From positions 48,838-112,837 of IMG/VR virus record IMGVR_UViG_3300025093_000012: 64,000 bases of DNA; one strand, 5' to 3'. The notes below the pieces were generated by a model. That model was not told the DNA's origin. It saw only the letters and a list, made by a program, of their open reading frames with translations, and made no database searches. Both the position numbers and the translations under genes were made by a program. The stretch is from a virus. Within the stretch, counting starts at the first letter, position 1. Each line of letters opens with the position of its first letter. This document shows, piece after piece, positions 10,441-21,500 of this stretch.

Positions 10441-13400
10441 TTATTGGTTTCCTTGGATTTCGTCAGAAATCTTTTTATTATTCACACCAAGGTTATGTAA
10501 TCTTTGATTTTGAACTATTCTATGTCTATCTAATTGTTTAGCATCAAGATTTAATACAGTAGCTGATACTGGATCAGGAACAATGTTTCCTGTCTTTGGA
10601 TCTACACCATATGTTGTAAATTCTTGTATATATTGTCCTTTGCTATTTTGATATATAGTAAAGTTACCCCCGTTTGCAATAAATGGACTTTCATATCTAC
10701 CGTCTCTAGCAATTGTAGAAGCTACTTGATTTATTATTTGATTATCACTCTTGTATGCATTATTATCATATGATTCAGGATACATAATAGTAATACCATT
10801 TTGCAATAACTTAAAATCATTCTCACTTAAATTACTTTTTCTAGAGTTAATGTAATCATCTGAAAATCTAATATGTCTTGCAGCCACCTGTTGATCTGCA
10901 GGTTGTTCTGGTCCACCTGCTTTTTCTACATAAGTATCATTAATAACAAACCTACTATCAGTTTTATCAGGAAGACCTCTTCTAAGATCTGTAAAAGCTC
11001 CTTCTAAAAATCCTCTTGCTGTTGGATTCTCTTCTATATCAGCATATGGAGTACCACGTTCATCACCAAAAGTAATTCTTAAATCAGCTTTAGGTGTATT
11101 ATAGAATACATTCACAAGATCTTTCATCTGTTCTGTAGCTTGTGCACTTGGAGCAGCAACATCATAAACACTAGAATATTGATTCTCTAAAATCTGATCA
11201 CCGTATTCTGTTTGTCCTAATGTATAAGCTCTTCTATCAAATGTAAGCTCCATATCATCTGCAGCTGCATCATCACCCATAGTATTCATATTAGAAACAA
11301 AATCATCATAAAGAGAATCTGCATCATTAGCTGCTTTTTCATCATTAAATGCCCACCTATTATTCATGACTGTTTCAGCTGTATACTCACTAGTCATTTG
11401 AGTATAACTATCACGGGCCCAGTACTCATATCTTTTTGTCTCTCTATCATCACCAAAGAACCCTCTCTTATCTCTCATCCAGAAAGGATAGTCATCCATA
11501 TCCCAATTATTCGTACTTATAGCTCTATTTATTTGAGCCATATCAGCTGAAGTACCTCTCATTACAGAACTATATATCTGTCTATATTCATCTTTACCAA
11601 CCATCCTATATGTTGGTTGACCATTTGCATCTAACATAGGATGCTCATAATCAGGAGATGACATTATTTCATTAACCTCTTGTGGGCTATGGCCTTGTTT
11701 ATATAATTGTATTTCTCCTTCTGAAAGAATAATCCCTGGTATTTCTTGAATAGGCTTTCCGTCATTACCATTTCCTTTATAACCACTATATCTACCAAGA
11801 TTACCTTGCTCTAATTCATTTGCTAAAGTAAAATCATGAATATTTTTATATATTCTATTTTGTTCATTTTCAGCATCAATCATAACTTGTTGTTGAGTAT
11901 TTAAATCCTCAACATATGCACCTATCTGTTGTGTAATAGCAACACCTTCTGTTGTTTGTGTAAGTGTAGGAAAGTTAAGATTAACTACTGAACCATCTTG
12001 TAGAGTAACATAAGGTGCATCTGAGTCTCCTGGTTTAGTAGTTGTAAAGAAATTAATTAGACCATTAGTTCTATTATCTAAAAACTGAAGATTAGCTTGA
12101 TTATATCCTTCGTATTGTTTTTTAATATCCTCTTTTGTAAGAGTACTACCTGATGGTCTAGCATCATACATTTGATCTATAAATTCATCAGTAACCTCAA
12201 CAGGAGAAAGATCAGCAAACATTTGATCTACTGTACCAACTTTTACTTGACCATTTGGATATTGTGTATTTTGAACAGTATATTCAAACTGTCCACCTCC
12301 TTTATAACCACCTGTACCTTGAAATTCAGCTGGAAGGTTTTGTGCTAAAAACTCATAAAACTCTTTAGAAGTTTTATTATAAGCTCTTGTTTGTTGTATA
12401 GTAGCAGCTTCATTTCTTTCCATCATTGTATGAAGTCCAACTGGATCACCACTTATAGCCTCATCACCAGGTAATTGTATAACACCACCAAACAAATCTG
12501 CAGCTGCTGCTTGATTATCCATATCTTTCAAAGCTACATCATACTCAAACTTTTTAGCCATCTTAGCCATGTCATAAGCATGCTGAGCATTCATTCTAGA
12601 TAATGCAAACTGATGTTGCATTTCTAATTGTTTAAATGGATTAGCTTTTAATGTTCTTTCAGCATCTATCATGCTGTATGCTTTTGCAGCAGCCAACATT
12701 TTAGGAGCCATATTACCACCCATATATGCACTATAAGCTATATTCATAAGCTTATTTACATCATCAGTTGGTTGTCTTACTTCCTTTAGACTTTGCTCAG
12801 TAGCTTTTTTATTTGCTTCAGCAATAGAAAGATTGTATGCATTCAAAGCAAGAGCTTCCTCAGCAGATGAGCCAGGAGTTATATTATTTCTTTTAGCCCA
12901 TTCTTTCCAATTGTTATCTGCTTGTACAGCATTTTCATAAACAGCATTATCATTAACTAGCTTCTTAGTTTGCTCATCAGCATATACCTCAATTGTTTGT
13001 TGAGCCCATGCTTGTTCTGCTTGCTGTCTCCCACCATACTGTTCAGCATTTTCTTTACCAAAATTATATGCTTTAACCTGTGCTTCTAACATATAAGCTT
13101 GACGCACTTGTGGATCTTGCATTACTGTATTTTGAATATACTCAGCAGCTGGATTTGAATAAATAGGAATTGGTTGTTTATTATCATCATAAATTAATGA
13201 GCCATCTTGATTTCTTTGATAACCTGTAACTTGACTTGTAAGAGCATTACCATTCTGTGTAGTAACAATCCAATCACCTTCTAGTGTAGTTTGTTTTACT
13301 TTTAAACCACTGTCTTTTAGTGCCTCAAAAGATTTCTCATATAAATTAGGGTTAGATATATATTTAGGTAAACCCATTGTTTGTGCTTCCTCTGCAGATG

Positions 13401-13863
13401 CGTCTCTAAACTTTTCCATTTGCATCTGTAAACCTTGAACACCAATGTCCCAATACCTATCTCTTGTCTCATCTACACTAGAGTTCTTAAATCTATTAGC
13501 ATTCATCATCTCTTGTCTATAAGACTTAGTGAACGCCATATCTTTTAGAAGTGCTTTATCTTCAAAAAATGGTTTAAACACACCTTTTGCTACATCAACA
13601 TTCTTTTGTAAAGAAAGGTCTAATCCAGAAACCTGCTTAAGACCATTACTAATTCTATTAGCATACTGATCTTGTTTCTCTTTACTATCTTCTCTAGTCA
13701 AAGGTGCATATACAACTTTACTATATAGATTATTCAATGATTGGAAGTTGGTATCATACCTATCCTGCCTAACTGTTAAAACATCAGATAGAAACTTATA
13801 GTCTGGCTTGAATGGCTCCAAGACAGGTATATAATCCGTTACTCCTTTTATATAAGTTGCCAT
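10441..13863 (-). CDS. Large virion cargo/ejection protein (1140 aa)
   Basis: Long ORF with a helical N-terminal half, lying immediately upstream of the giant ORF as in crAss-like ejection/RNAP cassettes. Function by synteny only. Confidence 0.6.
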   Translation of the reverse strand: MATYIKGVTDYIPVLEPFKPDYKFLSDVLTVRQDRYDTNFQSLNNLYSKVVYAPLTREDSKEKQDQYANRISNGLKQVSGLDLSLQKNVDVAKGVFKPFFEDKALLKDMAFTKSYRQEMMNANRFKNSSVDETRDRYWDIGVQGLQMQMEKFRDASAEEAQTMGLPKYISNPNLYEKSFEALKDSGLKVKQTTLEGDWIVTTQNGNALTSQVTGYQRNQDGSLIYDDNKQPIPIYSNPAAEYIQNTVMQDPQVRQAYMLEAQVKAYNFGKENAEQYGGRQQAEQAWAQQTIEVYADEQTKKLVNDNAVYENAVQADNNWKEWAKRNNITPGSSAEEALALNAYNLSIAEANKKATEQSLKEVRQPTDDVNKLMNIAYSAYMGGNMAPKMLAAAKAYSMIDAERTLKANPFKQLEMQHQFALSRMNAQHAYDMAKMAKKFEYDVALKDMDNQAAAADLFGGVIQLPGDEAISGDPVGLHTMMERNEAATIQQTRAYNKTSKEFYEFLAQNLPAEFQGTGGYKGGGQFEYTVQNTQYPNGQVKVGTVDQMFADLSPVEVTDEFIDQMYDARPSGSTLTKEDIKKQYEGYNQANLQFLDNRTNGLINFFTTTKPGDSDAPYVTLQDGSVVNLNFPTLTQTTEGVAITQQIGAYVEDLNTQQQVMIDAENEQNRIYKNIHDFTLANELEQGNLGRYSGYKGNGNDGKPIQEIPGIILSEGEIQLYKQGHSPQEVNEIMSSPDYEHPMLDANGQPTYRMVGKDEYRQIYSSVMRGTSADMAQINRAISTNNWDMDDYPFWMRDKRGFFGDDRETKRYEYWARDSYTQMTSEYTAETVMNNRWAFNDEKAANDADSLYDDFVSNMNTMGDDAAADDMELTFDRRAYTLGQTEYGDQILENQYSSVYDVAAPSAQATEQMKDLVNVFYNTPKADLRITFGDERGTPYADIEENPTARGFLEGAFTDLRRGLPDKTDSRFVINDTYVEKAGGPEQPADQQVAARHIRFSDDYINSRKSNLSENDFKLLQNGITIMYPESYDNNAYKSDNQIINQVASTIARDGRYESPFIANGGNFTIYQNSKGQYIQEFTTYGVDPKTGNIVPDPVSATVLNLDAKQLDRHRIVQNQRLHNLGVNNKKISDEIQGNQ

Positions 13864-13867
13864 ATTA

Positions 13868-13875
13868 CAAAGATA
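13868..13875 (-). promoter_or_regulatory. Bacteroidota sigmaA-type -7 promoter element TATCTTTG
   Basis: Minus strand reads TTTAG-TATCTTTG-TAAT-ATG, a perfect TAnnTTTG in the intergenic gap 4 nt before the start of the 1140-aa gene. Confidence 0.6.
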
Positions 13876-13925
13876 CTAAATTTTTATGGTTTGTCATATT
13901 ATACACAATACACTTTTAAAGTTTA

Positions 13926-16900
13926 CTATTTACCCATTGGCAAGAAAAAATCTCTTAATTCTGCTCCTTTTCTAAGGATTCTCATTTCTCTTCCCATCTT
14001 ACCTTGATATCCTGCATTTGTAATTACATCTTGCTGCTGTCTACCAAATGTAGTTGGTGCAGTTTGATTAGGCATTTTAAATACAGGCCACTGATCCTGT
14101 GGTACACCTGCAGCATCTAGCTTTTCTGTAATAGCAACATACTGATCAACTGCATCTTGTGGATCTTTATAATTAGGATCTGCATAAAATGCTTTAGGAT
14201 CTGTAATATTAATTATACCTCCTGACGCTGGATCAATATCAAACTGAGGATATATACTATTTAGATTTGCTGTATTAGCTCTATTAGTATATGCATTCTG
14301 AAGCTGTGCAGTAATAGCTGCATTTGCTTTTCTCATTGCATTATCATAGTTCTCATCAGTTAGTACAGTGTTATCATATAACTGTTTCTTTTCGTTATTA
14401 TTAAGAAGTTGAGTTTTATACTCTAGCTCTGCATTTTTAACACCTATAGTATTAGCTAGTTGTACATTATCATTTTGAACTTTATTTATTGTATCAGCAA
14501 TAGCTGTATTAGCTTTACCTTGTGCTGCTAGTGCAGCAGACATAGCTCTACCAGAACCAGATCCAAATGCTTTAGCTACTTCTGCAGCTGTAGCTGCTTG
14601 CTCACCTATAGCTGCAATCTCTCTTGTAGGATCTTTAAATACTCCGTCAATTTGTGGTTGGTCATAAAATGGAGCCCAAGGATAACGTTTTTGCAAACTC
14701 AGTTTAGCATCTCTTGCGTTAGCTAAACCTAGTTCATCTTGTAACCAAAATGGAGTATCTTTTTTCTCACCTACTTTTTCTTGAACATCAATTTCCTTAT
14801 CACACTCACAACCAGATGCAGGTGTAGTTACATTTCCTTCAGCATCTTTTACAGCTGCAGTATAAGGTGTCCAAGTTCCTCCAGCTTCAGTACATGCTGC
14901 TTGCATCTCTTCTGCATTTGCACAAGGCACAGCATCCACGGCTTCTGTAGTTTCTACAGTACCCATCAACTCTCTGTTAGTGGTATTACCCCAAAAACCA
15001 TCATCTCCTGAAACCATTCCATCAAATAGTTTATCATCGGCAACACCAGTATTAAAGTACTCTTGAGTTTTATCATCTCCTGCTTCAACATACTTACCAG
15101 CAATAAAACCTGCTTGAGCATGACTAATCATATCCTTATCTAATGGAGTAAAGCCTTGCTCTTCTGCAGCTTGGTTATATCTCCAGTTAGCTCCTTTATT
15201 CTCTCCCTTCTTGTAGTACTTTCCGTCTTTTGCTTTTGTACAACCATCACCTGGACCATCACATGGAATCATTTCAAATGTTCTATCCCAATCTGGTAAA
15301 CTCAAGTATTCTTGATCATACTCTTCATTAAACTTTCTATTCTGAGTTTGGAACTCTACAGTAACATCTACAAATTCTTCTAATGGTAAAACATCTTTAC
15401 CCTGCTCTTCTCTATATTTTTTGTAGAATTCATACATCTTCTTTTGATAGTCTTCATCTACTTTAAAGTTTTCTATCCAATCTTCTTTACCACTTGTAGT
15501 ATATGTGGTTGTAGACTCTTGAGCCTCAGTGTCTACTCTTGATTCATTTATATCATCTAACCTTTTTCGTTCTGCTTCTGTTATTGATCCACTCATTATC
15601 TCTTGAAAGAATTGAGGATTCTTTCTTTTGATTCTTCTTAAATCTTTTGCACTATATTCTACACCATCATAAACAACCCCCATAGATTCTTTCCCTCTTT
15701 GAGCAACAGGTAATCCAGGTTGACCACCATTTAAAAATGACCATTGTGATCCTACATAATATGGGCTGTCAGGACTAACATAATCTAAAGGCACACCTTG
15801 TGTTCTAACTCTATTATTCATAGCCATTTGATCTGACTCATCATCATTAGGTAATCTAAAGTTTCTTGGATCTACATAACCCGTTGGATTACTTTCATTA
15901 GGATTTTCTTGAATGTTATATACATTAGTAATTTGTGGTACATTTGATGATCTATTTGATCCAGTATTTGTTTCATAATCTGGAATTGCATCTTCACCAT
16001 AAATATTCTTATATGCTTGAGTATAACTTGGATCATAGTCACTTGGTGCAGTTCCACCTTCATTTATATGATTTTCCCAAAACTCAACCATTTCAGGATT
16101 AGCTGCACCTGATGCACCTAACATACCCATTTGATCTTCTGGAGAAGGGATCATAGAAGTCATCATAGTATTATAACCATCAATCATATTAGTCATAACA
16201 TTATTATAGTCATCTAACATCATACTCTGATCTGCAATATATTGTTCTAATAACTGTTCTCTTGAAGGTTGAGTAGGATAATTTAATGTACCTGCTACAA
16301 CAGGTTCTGGCTCCATTGGCATAACAACTGCTGTATTATCTGTTTCTGCAACATACTCTGGAATATAATATTGTGCACCTAAATAACCAGCTGTTCTAGT
16401 TATACCTTTTTGTGCTTTAGGTAGTTCTCTACCATACATAGCAAGTAATTTTTCATCTATGCTTGCCTCTTCTGTATTTACAGGACTATCAATCATAGTA
16501 TTGCTTGGTTCACCTTTAATAGTATCTTTAACACCACTTTTAACACCTGTTTTAAATGTATGTGCTAAGGTCTTATTTGCTAATGGTTCTGCTATAGTTT
16601 TTGCAGCAGTTTTGTATCCTGCTTTTATTAGGTTACCCCCTGGGGTTGCTCCTAATATTGCAGATGTACCAGCAGTAGCAAGTTCCTTTTTCATAGTATC
16701 ATAGTCACCATCTTTATATGCCATATAAGCATCACCTGCATCAATAGCTGCACTACCTAGACTTGCAGCTGTACCAAGAACAGGTACATATGAAGCTTTG
16801 TCTAATACATTTTGAATATCATCTTTATTCTCCATGTATGTTTCAGTAGTTGATTTTCCTTTATAGTCAGGAATAAATCCTTGTTCTCCTTTAAGGTAAC

Positions 16901-18554
16901 CTGCAAAATCAAAACCAAACTGAGCTTTCTTCATTCCTTGCATTTCATCCTCATGCAAGTAGCCCATTTCTTTCATACGTAAATGATCTTCATATGTCTC
17001 AGCCATATAACCTTTTCCAGTTTCTGGATCATACATCATATGTGGCTCAAAAGATTCTTCTCCACCCTCTTCTCTTCTATTAAGATACCCTAGATTAATA
17101 TCAAAGTTTCTTTGAAGTTTTCTACCAAACTTGGTGTTATCTAGCAATGCATTAAGACCATAGTTAATTAAGCCTCCTTTTATTCCATCTTTTAATCCTT
17201 GCTTTAAACCAGTACCTAAATCTTGTCTATATTGCTCTTTAGTTTTTCCACCCACTTGACCCATATAGTAATCAGGACTCATACCAAAATACTCTCCAGC
17301 AAAAAAGTCTTGTTTATTTGGAGTAAAGTTTTCAAACTGTGGGCATGTATTATTCTCACAATAGTCTACATAACTTGTATAACCACCCGCATTACCAGGT
17401 CTAGCAAACATTGCATCCATGTTAGTATTATACAATTCCCATGCATCATTTTTTCTGTTATACTGAGTAATCATTTGAGGAACTGTTCTTGCCAAAATAC
17501 TACCAAGTGCAGTTGTACCTGCTACTTTTAAAGATTGATTTAAGTTAGACTTACCTCTGTTAGAACCCATGTATCCAAACTGTGCTTTTGGTAACAGATT
17601 AGATAACTGACCTCCACGTTTAGCCATAGCAGGTTGTTGCATAGAAGGCTGCATAGAAGTCATCATATTAGGTTGCATGTTTGGCTGCATGTTAGGTTGT
17701 TGCATAGCCATCATCTCCTGTCCAGGAGCTGGTGCAGGCATACCTGATTGAGAAGGAGGAAGAACCTGAGCTTGTTCAAGCTGAGCTTGTTCTTGTTCTC
17801 TACGTTGTTGCTCTTCCATCATTTTTTGTGCAGTAAGTATTTGCATTCTGCTTTCAAAAGGAAGTTGTACTAACATCTTCAACTCTGCTTCTTTTCTAGA
17901 AATATTTTCTACTTGTTGTGAGAACTGAATAGGATCAATATTCTTTTCTGTTAAATATGGATATGCAGCTAATGGTACACCATCTTCAAACTCTTTCTTT
18001 GCTTCTTGAAGAAATGCTAGTTGAGATAAAGACCTTTTATTTTTACCCAACATATACTCTGCAGTATCTCTTGTAATAAAATCAGACTGCTCATCATCTA
18101 ATAAACCAATAAAATTATTAAGTTGATATTTTTTAGATATTTCTGCTGGTGTTAATTTCTTTCTTGATTCTAACCCCATCTCTGCAAGTTCATACTTACT
18201 AAACTTCATTGCAGATGTGTCAGAATAAATAAATGATTGAGGTGGTAAATTTAATGGCGTACCCCCTTGATGATGTCTTTTACCTTGAATATCATATAAC
18301 TCAAAGTTACCATCATTATTAAGATCAGTGAGGACGGTTTCACCTTTCTCAGCTTCTAGATTAGCTTCTTCCCTAGGAACAGGATTAATAGAATAATTTA
18401 CTTTAGATGTAGGATCAGGACTAGAAAATGGATCTAAGTGAGGATATGTCACTAATCCATAATTAGATTGATCACCTGTAGTACCACCGTCCTGGTACAC
18501 TTTACCTTCTCTTATAGAAAAGCCTTTTGGTAATTTTTTAATTTTTACTTTCAT
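13926..18554 (-). CDS. Modular virion cargo protein (1542 aa) with repeated AQxG/xGG linkers
   Basis: N-terminal EAEKGE...GKRHHQGG domain, Q/M-rich linker, several small modules and a helical C-terminus. Lies in the cargo-gene region. Confidence 0.65.
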   Translation of the reverse strand: MKVKIKKLPKGFSIREGKVYQDGGTTGDQSNYGLVTYPHLDPFSSPDPTSKVNYSINPVPREEANLEAEKGETVLTDLNNDGNFELYDIQGKRHHQGGTPLNLPPQSFIYSDTSAMKFSKYELAEMGLESRKKLTPAEISKKYQLNNFIGLLDDEQSDFITRDTAEYMLGKNKRSLSQLAFLQEAKKEFEDGVPLAAYPYLTEKNIDPIQFSQQVENISRKEAELKMLVQLPFESRMQILTAQKMMEEQQRREQEQAQLEQAQVLPPSQSGMPAPAPGQEMMAMQQPNMQPNMQPNMMTSMQPSMQQPAMAKRGGQLSNLLPKAQFGYMGSNRGKSNLNQSLKVAGTTALGSILARTVPQMITQYNRKNDAWELYNTNMDAMFARPGNAGGYTSYVDYCENNTCPQFENFTPNKQDFFAGEYFGMSPDYYMGQVGGKTKEQYRQDLGTGLKQGLKDGIKGGLINYGLNALLDNTKFGRKLQRNFDINLGYLNRREEGGEESFEPHMMYDPETGKGYMAETYEDHLRMKEMGYLHEDEMQGMKKAQFGFDFAGYLKGEQGFIPDYKGKSTTETYMENKDDIQNVLDKASYVPVLGTAASLGSAAIDAGDAYMAYKDGDYDTMKKELATAGTSAILGATPGGNLIKAGYKTAAKTIAEPLANKTLAHTFKTGVKSGVKDTIKGEPSNTMIDSPVNTEEASIDEKLLAMYGRELPKAQKGITRTAGYLGAQYYIPEYVAETDNTAVVMPMEPEPVVAGTLNYPTQPSREQLLEQYIADQSMMLDDYNNVMTNMIDGYNTMMTSMIPSPEDQMGMLGASGAANPEMVEFWENHINEGGTAPSDYDPSYTQAYKNIYGEDAIPDYETNTGSNRSSNVPQITNVYNIQENPNESNPTGYVDPRNFRLPNDDESDQMAMNNRVRTQGVPLDYVSPDSPYYVGSQWSFLNGGQPGLPVAQRGKESMGVVYDGVEYSAKDLRRIKRKNPQFFQEIMSGSITEAERKRLDDINESRVDTEAQESTTTYTTSGKEDWIENFKVDEDYQKKMYEFYKKYREEQGKDVLPLEEFVDVTVEFQTQNRKFNEEYDQEYLSLPDWDRTFEMIPCDGPGDGCTKAKDGKYYKKGENKGANWRYNQAAEEQGFTPLDKDMISHAQAGFIAGKYVEAGDDKTQEYFNTGVADDKLFDGMVSGDDGFWGNTTNRELMGTVETTEAVDAVPCANAEEMQAACTEAGGTWTPYTAAVKDAEGNVTTPASGCECDKEIDVQEKVGEKKDTPFWLQDELGLANARDAKLSLQKRYPWAPFYDQPQIDGVFKDPTREIAAIGEQAATAAEVAKAFGSGSGRAMSAALAAQGKANTAIADTINKVQNDNVQLANTIGVKNAELEYKTQLLNNNEKKQLYDNTVLTDENYDNAMRKANAAITAQLQNAYTNRANTANLNSIYPQFDIDPASGGIINITDPKAFYADPNYKDPQDAVDQYVAITEKLDAAGVPQDQWPVFKMPNQTAPTTFGRQQQDVITNAGYQGKMGREMRILRKGAELRDFFLPMGK
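17630..17705 (-). repeat. Degenerate 12-bp tandem repeat encoding (QPNM)n
   Basis: Protein reads MQQPNMQPNMQPNMMTSMQPSMQQP; plus strand shows ggttgcatgttt-ggctgcatgtta-ggttgttgcat. Confidence 0.7.
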
Positions 18555-18556
18555 AA

Positions 18557-21500
18557 TTATACTATTTGTATCTCTGCTCCTGCAGCTACTAGTTGTTTAT
18601 ATGTATTCATATCTATTTCTATCTCTCCACCTGGTTTATAAAAACCTCCTCCAAATTGAGCTGATTGAGTTGTACCAACAACAACCTTATCATCTGGTCT
18701 AAATATACCAGAGTTAGGATCATAGTTACCTTTGTTTCCCGTTATATCAGCATCAGTTGCAGCAAACATATTATCAGCTAAAAATGCATTATTCATTATA
18801 TTAGCTCTTTGCCTATTCTCATTAAATTGTCTAGCTATTCTAGTAACAGGTTTTGCCACATCAATTAGCATATCACTTACCTTGGTATATGTTTGAACTG
18901 GTTTACTATCAGCTACTCTTAACATAGTGTTATATGCTCTAGTTCCAAAACCAGGTCTTTCACTAGAAGCATCTATTAAATCAGCTCTATCAGATCTCAT
19001 CTGAGCTTCTTCTGCCTCTGCAGCATCATAAGCATCCATAGCTGCAAGATCACCATCAAAACCTAATTCCATAGATCTATCATATCTATCTAAGTTTTCT
19101 TGTGTACCTGTATATTCAGGCATTGAATCAACTTGACTTTGTAAGTTAGCTGATGTTTCATCTACCACATCTTGCATTTGTTCTGATGACATAAGAACTT
19201 GCCCATCAGATGTAACCCTACCTTGTCCCTCAGCTATAGTATAGTCCATCATATCTTTTGCTTGAAGAAACTCTTCACTAGGTTCAAAAGAAACATTAGG
19301 TGTCTGAAGCGGATTAGTATTTACTTGATTCATCATTAATGATGGATTCTCTAATCTTTTATTCATATCAGCAGTAAATGCTTGGAACTCATCTAATGAT
19401 CTATTAACAGATTGATTCATTGCATACAACCTAGCATTTGACATAGGTGTATATGTGTCATCTGTTGATTGGCTAAACAATACATTTTGATTTAAGAAGC
19501 CAGCTGGATTATTTAATGTAGGACCTGATGTAAAGAAAGGTGTAGATTGATTTCCTGATAAACTATACCCAGAGAATGTTGGTTGTAAAGTACCTTGTGT
19601 AGGAGCACCAAATTCACCTAATGATTGATACTTTGTTAAACTGCCACCCATCTTTTTTGATGTATCACCTTGTTTTTCTGCTTCATCATATGCTGCGTCT
19701 AGTTTAGCTTTATATGCTTTGTAACCAGGAGTTACATCAGGCAAGCTTTCTACAAAATCTGAATAAGATTTAGTATCACGAACATTAGTATTATCATGTC
19801 TGTATCCATACTTTGTACCTAATCCCATACCATAAAAAACTATTTCATGATCTTTTTCAGCATCTACATTAACCCTTCTAAATACACCAGAGTTTAAAGT
19901 TTTATCACGGTCAGGATTGTCATGAAAATATTTTAAAGGATACCACCAGTCACGGTCCATTCTTATTTTACCTGCATCAACTAATGCTCCATCCTTATCA
20001 TGAACTCTAAAATAATTAGCTTCTGGATCAAAAGACTCACTTAATAAATCATTTTCAGCCCTTACCATATCTACAGTAGGACGTTTCATTTTAGGCATTG
20101 GTCCATCATACAATGGTGGTGCTATAGGTACAGCATTTGTTGTGAATACATCATACACGTTTCCAGTTACATCAGGTGTAGCTGCTACTGCATCAGTATA
20201 TTCATAGGCATCAAGCGCAATACCAGGTGTACCATAAGCAGTATTATAAACTATTGTAGAATCACTAAGCATAGGAGTAATAGTTCTAGCAAAACCAGGC
20301 GGTCTTGTAAGACTAAATCCTACACTAACAGGATCATTTTCCAAAGCTGTTCTGTTATTGTTAATAAAAGTCTGTGCAGCTCCAGCTGTAACACCACCTG
20401 GAAAAAACATCCATCCTGCCCCAGGTGTTCCTGCTGATCCTTCTTCTAAAACTACTTGCCTATTTCTCATTGATTGATTATAATCATTGATAGTAGGTCT
20501 GTCCCTAAATGTTTCTCTAGTTGTTACAAACTTATTTGTATTAGGATTATATAAATCTTCAATAGTTACACCTTTTATACCTGGCACATCAATCATTTCT
20601 ACCTCACCTCTGTTCTGATAATAAGGTAATGAGCCACCATATCTTGCTAAATCATTTGGCATTGGTGGAAGATCCTCTTGTCCTGGTTCATAATCCATCT
20701 CACTGTTTGTAGGAGTTATAACAGGAACTGGAACAGGATTTAATTGTGGTTGTGGTATATTAGTTGGAATAGGTTGAACTGATCTTGATGGAATCTGCAC
20801 AGGTTGATTCATAGGATTCTTCATACTTCTTTGCCACTCAGGTGAATCATCTACACCAGTTGGACGTGAACCTTTATCAAAGTCCTTATCTACAAATATA
20901 CCATCCACACCATCTAACTGAACATTACCAGGTCCTGTAACAAGATAATCATAAGGCACAGAAGAACCATCAGGTCTTTGTGTGTAACCTAAATATTCTG
21001 CATCTGAATATTTTTGTTCTAATAAATCTCCTTGCCCTGGACCTTTTCTGCCAAATGTTTCACCTCTACCTGTTAGATTAAAAAGATCCATATCAAAATC
21101 TTTAACCTTCCCATACATATCTGGTCTGTTCTGTCTTCTTGCCTCAAGGAAGTTCATCATCTCCTCCTCTTGCACTTGTTCCTCATCTTTCAGATATTTA
21201 CCAGGATTATATCCCATTCTGAAGTAGTCTTCCTTGTCATAGTATAGATCTTCACCAGTTGGGTTTCTAACAGTAAACTTCATGTAATCTGACTTAGTGC
21301 CAGGATCATAATAGTTTTCACCTTTAAAACTCTTTACCCCTCTCCCAATAGCATCTGCTAATTCTAAAAATGGATTATCCCCTAAACCAGAAAGTATAGT
21401 TGCTTGATCAGGATTCCTAAATTTATTATTAAAAGCATCTATTTTTTGATTTGCATCATCTTCATCTTCAGCCTCTTCTGTAATATCTGTAACATCTGTA

